From the NCBI GenBank assembly GCA_028693815.1, contig JAQUUP010000003.1, positions 65,850 through 129,849 of the forward strand: a DNA stretch of 64,000 bases, written 5' to 3'. Origin of the DNA: Candidatus Omnitrophota bacterium (GTDB taxonomy: Bacteria; Omnitrophota; Gorgyraeia; Zapsychrales; Aceulaceae). Shown piece by piece: positions 58,968 to 64,000 of this stretch. The notes beneath the pieces were generated by a model, which saw only the letters and a list, made by a program, of their open reading frames with translations, had not been told where the DNA came from and ran no database searches. The translations under genes were made by a program, and so were the position numbers. The number at the start of each line of letters is the position of its first letter. The first letter of the stretch is position 1.

Positions 58968-59146
58968 GTTTCTCGATAGCGTCTAGGTCTTTAGAACAAA
59001 CATCAACAAAAGATTGTGGAACATCTTTTTCTTGCTGCAATCTTTCGATAGCTGTTTTTAAAGATGTGAGTTTATTGCGTAATTCTGCTTTGAGCTCGTA
59101 AGCGTTCATTATTCTTTGCTCGCTATGAGGAGAATTAGTTTTTTCA

Positions 59147-59563
59147 TTATTTTAATATTTCAAGAAGAAACATTTTGTTCTCAAGGTCGTCTAAACTTCT
59201 TTCAAGATTTCCGATTGCCTCAGTCTTGCTCATCAATTGTCCGCACTTAGGACAAGTATAAATAGTTATAAATGAATCTTTTATCAACATATTAAAACAA
59301 TAATTACAATTATTACATTTCCCGCGGACAATTCCTTCAAGTGTGTTCATTTCTCCCATAGCCCATAGAATCTCTGGGAAATCATCTGTATAATTAATTT
59401 CTCTAACATATTGCATCAATTCCTCAACGGAAAGCTTTCCAGTATAATAATCTGGCGAGAGAGATAGTTTGACCTTGGCTTTCGATGGCGATAGTTGTTG
59501 CAGTTGATTAGTCGCACACCCAGCTAAAAACAAACACAATGAAACAGTCAATAACTTTTTCAT
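59147..59563 (-). CDS. Lipoprotein with a CxxC...CxxC zinc-ribbon.
   Basis: The lipobox is LFLAGC. The motifs are CNNCNYC...CPKCG. Confidence 0.5.
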   Translation of the reverse strand: MKKLLTVSLCLFLAGCATNQLQQLSPSKAKVKLSLSPDYYTGKLSVEELMQYVREINYTDDFPEILWAMGEMNTLEGIVRGKCNNCNYCFNMLIKDSFITIYTCPKCGQLMSKTEAIGNLERSLDDLENKMFLLEILK

Positions 59564-59575
59564 AGCCCTCTCCTT

Positions 59576-59980
59576 TTAACCTACATTTGGGAAAACTTCA
59601 AGACTGTCATGTGTCGAACCTTCTAATCTAAGCAAATCTAAAATAAATTTTATCATTGGTACCTTAGCATTAGGAGCATTTCTAACAAAATAATCTATCG
59701 CTATATCTGTGGCAGATTGAAACTTTCCCATATCAGGAATACTAAAATGTTCACCAGTGTTTCTTTCAATTTCTTCCAATGATTCGCTAATAAATTGACT
59801 CTTCTCGTGTAATTTTAATTGATTCCAATTTTGAACAGTTACATCATAACCATTTTGTTGAGATTCCTCTGGGGGAAAGAATGCTGATTGAGCAAAAGCA
59901 AGCGTTGGAAGAAACAATAAAACTAGTATGATTATTACTTTTTTCACAGTCCTCTCATCTACTATTAAGAATCGTTTCAT
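59576..59980 (-). CDS. Secreted hypothetical protein.
   Basis: The signal peptide reads VIIILVLLFLPTLAFAQS. Confidence 0.5.
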   Translation of the reverse strand: MKRFLIVDERTVKKVIIILVLLFLPTLAFAQSAFFPPEESQQNGYDVTVQNWNQLKLHEKSQFISESLEEIERNTGEHFSIPDMGKFQSATDIAIDYFVRNAPNAKVPMIKFILDLLRLEGSTHDSLEVFPNVG

Positions 59981-60240
59981 TATTCTTTAAAATAATAGAG
60001 CACAGTTAAGATAAGACTTAAAAAAATTATAGTAAATGTAATAAGACGATAAAGTCTAGTGGCACCCTGCTCTCTTTCATCAAGAATAAGGTCTATCCTG
60101 CTTATAAGATTCCTAAGCCATGTTCCCCCATCAGCATTAAAACGATGTGTAAAAGGATGTGTTTTCCATTCCTTTAGTTCTTTAGTTGATAGAGCTTTTA
60201 GCTCCTTATCAGTGTATTCTTTTAATGGCTCTGGATTCAC
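59980..60240 (-). CDS. Small protein with a C-terminal TM helix.
   Basis: This is an ORF-track entry. The hydrophobic tail is LITFTIIFLSLILTVLYYF. Confidence 0.35.
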   Translation of the reverse strand: MNPEPLKEYTDKELKALSTKELKEWKTHPFTHRFNADGGTWLRNLISRIDLILDEREQGATRLYRLITFTIIFLSLILTVLYYFKE

Positions 60241-60257
60241 TTCTTTAGCCTTCTTTT

Positions 60258-61244
60258 TTATTTATTTGCTTCCTCATTTGTTTTATTTAATGCTTTCTCT
60301 ATTCTTTTTAAGTCTTCTTTCATTTCAAGATGATTCGGCTCAAGTTCAAGCCCTCTCTTTATGTAATCATAAGCACTATTATAATCACCTAACTTATATA
60401 GAATTTCTGCCTTTGTCGATAGAAAGATTCCATTATCTGGATACATCTCTAAAGCTTTGTCAACTAACTCTATGCCTCTTTCCAGCTCTATGCCTTTCTT
60501 GTATAATCCATAAGCTTCATTATTATATTTCACTGCCAGAACTAATTGTTTATCTGTTGCTATATCGAAAATTCTTTTATCATTTCCTTGAATCTTGACA
60601 TAAACTTTTCGCCTAGTGTTCTCTCCAAAAAATTGAAACGATGCTGCAACTAAAGGTGGAAATACAGCTCTCAAGTCTCCTGACCAGCCAGAACTTTCAA
60701 TCTCAGTTTTCCAAAGTTGAGTGTTTTGATTTGCCTTATTTGTTATATCAAAATCATATGCCTCAAGATTAATATATCTTCTATATGTAACAGTTGTTAT
60801 CTGCTGAAGACTTGAACCAACAGTTCCATAAGTTGGCATATACGTTGTTGATGCAGAAAAATTGGTATTATTGCCAAAAGAATACGCATTTCCTGTTGTA
60901 TAAGAAGACGAGACACCTGTCTGTCCATATATTGGCACAGAATAAGTATAGGTATGTTCCACAGGATTCCCTATACCATAGCTTAGAAATATAATTGCAT
61001 TTGCTTCCTCTGGTTTATCAACAATTTTAAAGCCTTTTTCAGCAAGACCTCTCTTTACATAGGTAGCGAACTCAATAAACTGCAAATCATCAGAAGTTGT
61101 TCCTTTGTTTCCTGAGGCAACTAAATAATTCTTGCTAGCAGGAGCTATTCTTCCCCCAGCCAAAGAACTCACACCTACCTCATAATACACAGTTGAACAC
61201 CCCGCTAAAAACAAACACAATAAAACAATTAATAATTTCTTCAT
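60258..61244 (-). CDS. Lipoprotein with C-terminal TPR repeats.
   Basis: The lipobox LFLAGC is identical to that of the 59147..59563 lipoprotein. The TPR-like C-terminus contains LGDYNSAYDYIKRGLEL. Confidence 0.55.
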   Translation of the reverse strand: MKKLLIVLLCLFLAGCSTVYYEVGVSSLAGGRIAPASKNYLVASGNKGTTSDDLQFIEFATYVKRGLAEKGFKIVDKPEEANAIIFLSYGIGNPVEHTYTYSVPIYGQTGVSSSYTTGNAYSFGNNTNFSASTTYMPTYGTVGSSLQQITTVTYRRYINLEAYDFDITNKANQNTQLWKTEIESSGWSGDLRAVFPPLVAASFQFFGENTRRKVYVKIQGNDKRIFDIATDKQLVLAVKYNNEAYGLYKKGIELERGIELVDKALEMYPDNGIFLSTKAEILYKLGDYNSAYDYIKRGLELEPNHLEMKEDLKRIEKALNKTNEEANK

Positions 61245-61311
61245 AGCCCCCTCCTATTTCTCATATCATATCACTACAAAGAAACAGAGGCAAGAAACAC
61301 CACAAAAACCT

Positions 61312-61731
61312 TTATCTCTCAAGAGCTTTCTGCTGCTTTCTTAAATCATTTATCTGTTTTTCCATCTGAACATGAATAAAAATTTTATCCCACCTATCTT
61401 CTTTCTTGCCTCTGGGCATGCCTAACTCAATTTCAAGGCTTCTAAGTTTTTGAAGTCCTTCATCTAAACTTCTTCCTTCAGAGAATGCCCAGTCAGAAAT
61501 AACTTTTAGCTTTTTAGCTTCGGTATCATTTAATTTTGTTGGGCTAGTCTTAAAAAAATGCAGAATATCTTTCTTGATTCCTCTCCAACCATCTTTTTGT
61601 TCCTCATGAAGTTTTTCAATCAAAGTTCTTTGTTGACCTGACTCCATATCAATAAAAGTTGTTTTCTTGATATTTTGTTCTTCGTCATCTTCTTGAATAT
61701 TTTTAAAAATATCTTTAATTCTGTCTTCCAT
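61312..61731 (-). CDS. Hypothetical charged protein.
   Basis: This is an ORF-track entry. Confidence 0.45.
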   Translation of the reverse strand: MEDRIKDIFKNIQEDDEEQNIKKTTFIDMESGQQRTLIEKLHEEQKDGWRGIKKDILHFFKTSPTKLNDTEAKKLKVISDWAFSEGRSLDEGLQKLRSLEIELGMPRGKKEDRWDKIFIHVQMEKQINDLRKQQKALER

Positions 61732-61891
61732 GTTTCCTTTCTAAGAGGCGTTTTCAGCCCCTATAATTTTCTTCAATTTACACATAAAACGACTAAGGCA
61801 GGCTACCCTAGCCACTTGCTTAAATCACTGAAATAAGGTCGGCTAAGCTACCCTTTAAAAGCCCTAAGCTATAATTTAAAAACCTTAGATT

Positions 61892-62098
61892 TTAGTTTGA
61901 AAGATTGTATTGATTGTTGAGGAACTTAACTAAATCTTCTTCTACGAAAAATCTTCTATCTCCAACTTCAAAACACTTAAGTCCTAAGGTAACCCAATTA
62001 CCTACTACCCTGCTTTTTTCTTTTTTTAGTGGCAGTCCCATTTTTTCGCAAAGCTCTACTTCTGACCAAACATCCTGCATCTTCTCGATTTTGTTCAT
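61892..62098 (-). CDS. Small excisionase/AlpA-like HTH protein.
   Basis: The HTH region reads LCEKMGLPLKKEKSRVVGNWVTLGLKCFEVGDRRFFVEEDLVKFL. It overlaps a second-frame Cys-rich ORF (61998..62297). Confidence 0.4.
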   Translation of the reverse strand: MNKIEKMQDVWSEVELCEKMGLPLKKEKSRVVGNWVTLGLKCFEVGDRRFFVEEDLVKFLNNQYNLSN

Positions 62099-62374
62099 GT
62101 GTTTCCTCCTCGATAAAAGTTGATAATAATTTAGCTTTCTGATTAAAGCCTTTTTCTAATAATATGGTGTGAATCGTATTTAGCTTTTCATTTGGTGTAT
62201 TTCCTAGCCTGTAGGTACACTTCCAACAGATAATAGATTCAGCATCTTTGTCGTAGTTATAGGTCAGTTCTTTTTCACACAAATCGCAGCATTTCATTTC
62301 ATTTTCCTTTCTATTTTGTTTGTGACAAAATTGATATTTTGTGATTTAATATAGGTATTAACAAAGGGGATTTT

Positions 62375-62995
62375 ATGAAAAAATTATTATTGATTATTCT
62401 GTGTTTAGGATTAGTTGGTTGTACAACCATTCCTTCTGTTAAAATTTATTCTGAAACAGACCTCAGCTATAATTTGTCTAAAGTCGACCCAATTTATGTC
62501 GTTCTTAAAAACTCCGATGAAAAAATCGTTACTATACCAGAAAGAAATTTCTTTTATCTTCTAAAATCACTGATGATTGAGAATGGGTTCAACGTTGTCG
62601 AAAAAGCAACAGATTCAAAATATTTTTTAAATTTTTTCGAAGGTTCAAAAACATTTGAATCGAGCTATACTTCTTTTGTTCCCACAACATCAACAACTCG
62701 AGGAAGCATAGGCAACACTCCTTATTCAAGCACAACAACATCTTCAGCACCTATCTCCTCTACTTCAAGCTATTCTATGACAGGTCTTGCTCTCACTTTG
62801 TTTTCAACCGAAGAGTGGGCAGCGAAAAAGAAGTTTGTAGTCTGGCAAGGAACAGCAGTTGAATATGAATACACATATGAAAAATACAAAAAAGAAATTA
62901 TTCAAGCCTTATTGGATTACTTTGGGACGAATTGCGATATAAGGATTCCAATAAAACTGCCAGAAGACCCAAAACAAACAAAAGACAACAAATAA
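62375..62995 (+). CDS. Lipoprotein with a Ser/Thr-rich region.
   Basis: The lipobox is LVGC. A GGGGA RBS is present. The Ser/Thr-rich stretch is STTTSSAPISSTSSYS. Confidence 0.55.
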   Translation: MKKLLLIILCLGLVGCTTIPSVKIYSETDLSYNLSKVDPIYVVLKNSDEKIVTIPERNFFYLLKSLMIENGFNVVEKATDSKYFLNFFEGSKTFESSYTSFVPTTSTTRGSIGNTPYSSTTTSSAPISSTSSYSMTGLALTLFSTEEWAAKKKFVVWQGTAVEYEYTYEKYKKEIIQALLDYFGTNCDIRIPIKLPEDPKQTKDNK

Positions 62996-63020
62996 AGAAC
63001 TCTCTGCAAGGGAGAAATAA

Positions 63021-63371
63021 ATGAAACTTACTGAAATAACTAACAAATTAACTGATAAAACAACTTGGATAATGCTTTTGCTTATAGTCGCTGGATGCTC
63101 TCTTTTATATGGTTTATCCGAATTTATCTATAACTATCAAGCCGCTACTCCAACTGCGAGCATATTAGAAGCAGTCTTTGTTCTATTTTTAATAATTCTC
63201 ACTCCCTTATTTTGGATATGGGAGAAAATCACTGAAATAGGATTCTGGAAAGTTATTGCATTCGGATGTTTTTTCTATGTAGTTGCTACTTACGTTGCAC
63301 TCTGCGACAGAGTCAAAAATATAGAAGATAAGCTTGATGAATTACTTTCAAGAAAAGACGACAATTTTTAA
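63021..63371 (+). CDS. Small 3-TM membrane protein.
   Basis: This is an ORF-track entry with three hydrophobic helices. Confidence 0.5.
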   Translation: MKLTEITNKLTDKTTWIMLLLIVAGCSLLYGLSEFIYNYQAATPTASILEAVFVLFLIILTPLFWIWEKITEIGFWKVIAFGCFFYVVATYVALCDRVKNIEDKLDELLSRKDDNF

Positions 63372-63511
63372 TGAACAAAGAAACCTTTGCAAAAAGGGAA
63401 ATAAGATGGAAACTCTTTTAATAATCATTATCATTGAATTAGCTGTGCTTATTTGGTTTACGATTATGATTAGACTGCACCAGAAATATAAAAACTGATT
63501 CAGGAGGATTT

Positions 63512-63778
63512 ATGAAACCGCTCAAAGACTCTCCCATTTGGCAGCAATGGTTATTCTATGCTTCACTTCTCTGCCTTGCATGTTTTCTACTTCAACTTAT
63601 TATTCCTCGTTATTCTAAAAACGAACTCAGTCGCTTCATCTTTGATAAAACTAAAGGCAAGTTTATAGAAACAACTACGAATAGGGTTATACTCTCTGAA
63701 AAAACTAAAGAAGAAAGAAAGAAACTAAAAGAAACTAAAACAAAATCTCTAGTGGGCGAAGAAACAAGAGGACAATAA
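63512..63778 (+). CDS. Small membrane-anchored protein.
   Basis: An AGGAGG RBS is present. It has one TM helix and a basic C-terminus. Confidence 0.4.
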   Translation: MKPLKDSPIWQQWLFYASLLCLACFLLQLIIPRYSKNELSRFIFDKTKGKFIETTTNRVILSEKTKEERKKLKETKTKSLVGEETRGQ

Positions 63779-64000
63779 TGGAAATAAATAAAGATGCATT
63801 GAGAGACTATCCAGAATTAATGTCTAAGAAATGTGAAGACTATCTTAAGAGCGATTGGGGTGAAAAGCTCGAAGAAGGATTGAAAGACCTTTTAAAATTT
63901 ATTAAAGAAACAGTAAATCCATCTATAAGAAATACTCGAGAAAAGAAAAACTACACCTCTAAGCAACTTCCTCACATCATTCAAGCAAGATACAAAAATA
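63778..64000 (+). CDS. Hypothetical protein; the 3' end runs beyond the window.
   Basis: The ATG overlaps the previous stop (TAATG). The open frame runs to the window edge. Confidence 0.4.
   Translation, partial: MEINKDALRDYPELMSKKCEDYLKSDWGEKLEEGLKDLLKFIKETVNPSIRNTREKKNYTSKQLPHIIQARYKN

Larger units (their letters stand above)
52549..64000. mobile_element. Integrated element (prophage remnant or genomic island) at the tRNA-Leu 3' end. It extends beyond the window edge.
   Basis: Directly downstream of tRNA-Leu lie a tyrosine integrase, a Xis, a serine resolvase, a divergent cI/Cro-like pair and a cargo of small secreted proteins and lipoproteins. Confidence 0.6.

Overview
This 64-kb window comes from a low-GC bacterial chromosome; tRNA genes encode their 3' CCA. 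Almost all genes lie on the minus strand. Left to right, the window contains the following.

(1) 1-19.6 kb: a compositionally mosaic accessory region ending at a tRNA-His. It holds:
- the 3'-partial penicillin-binding protein 1C gene (pbpC) and a 1622-aa thioester-type alpha-2-macroglobulin, in a visibly GC-richer segment;
- a tightly coupled three-gene operon of unknown function: a 4-TM protein plus two paralogous small nuclease-like proteins;
- a type I-like restriction-modification pair in which the methylase is fused to a single-TRD specificity domain (HsdM-S), next to HsdR;
- an orphan zinc-ribbon protein;
- a P4-like integrative element: primase-helicase, three unknown cargo ORFs, an excisionase and a large serine recombinase. 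The recombinase CDS reads antisense through the tRNA-His gene.

(2) 19.6-26 kb: tRNA-His, tRNA-Arg and tRNA-Pro interleaved with two AsmA-family proteins and a split TPR/PMT-like membrane protein.

(3) 26-52 kb: a long co-directional housekeeping block.
- rdgB and rph;
- queF-queE-queC-queD (preQ1 synthesis), murI and a cell-wall amidase;
- a complete type II secretion gene cluster: secretin (GspD), GspA-like, B/C-like, GspM/L-like, GspK, J, I, H, G, F and E, with an embedded MerR-type HTH;
- pgi and mnmA;
- a biotin operon birA-bioF-bioH-bioC-bioD/A, with a BioD-BioA fusion and a clear BirA operator overlapping the birA promoter.

(4) 52.4-64 kb: tRNA-Ala and tRNA-Leu, followed by a second integrated element running to the window edge. 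It carries a tyrosine integrase, Xis, a serine resolvase, a cI/Cro-like divergent switch and a cargo of lipoproteins and secreted proteins with near-identical signal peptides.

No CRISPR array or rRNA was seen. All functional calls are by motif recognition from the translated ORFs; no database search was possible.
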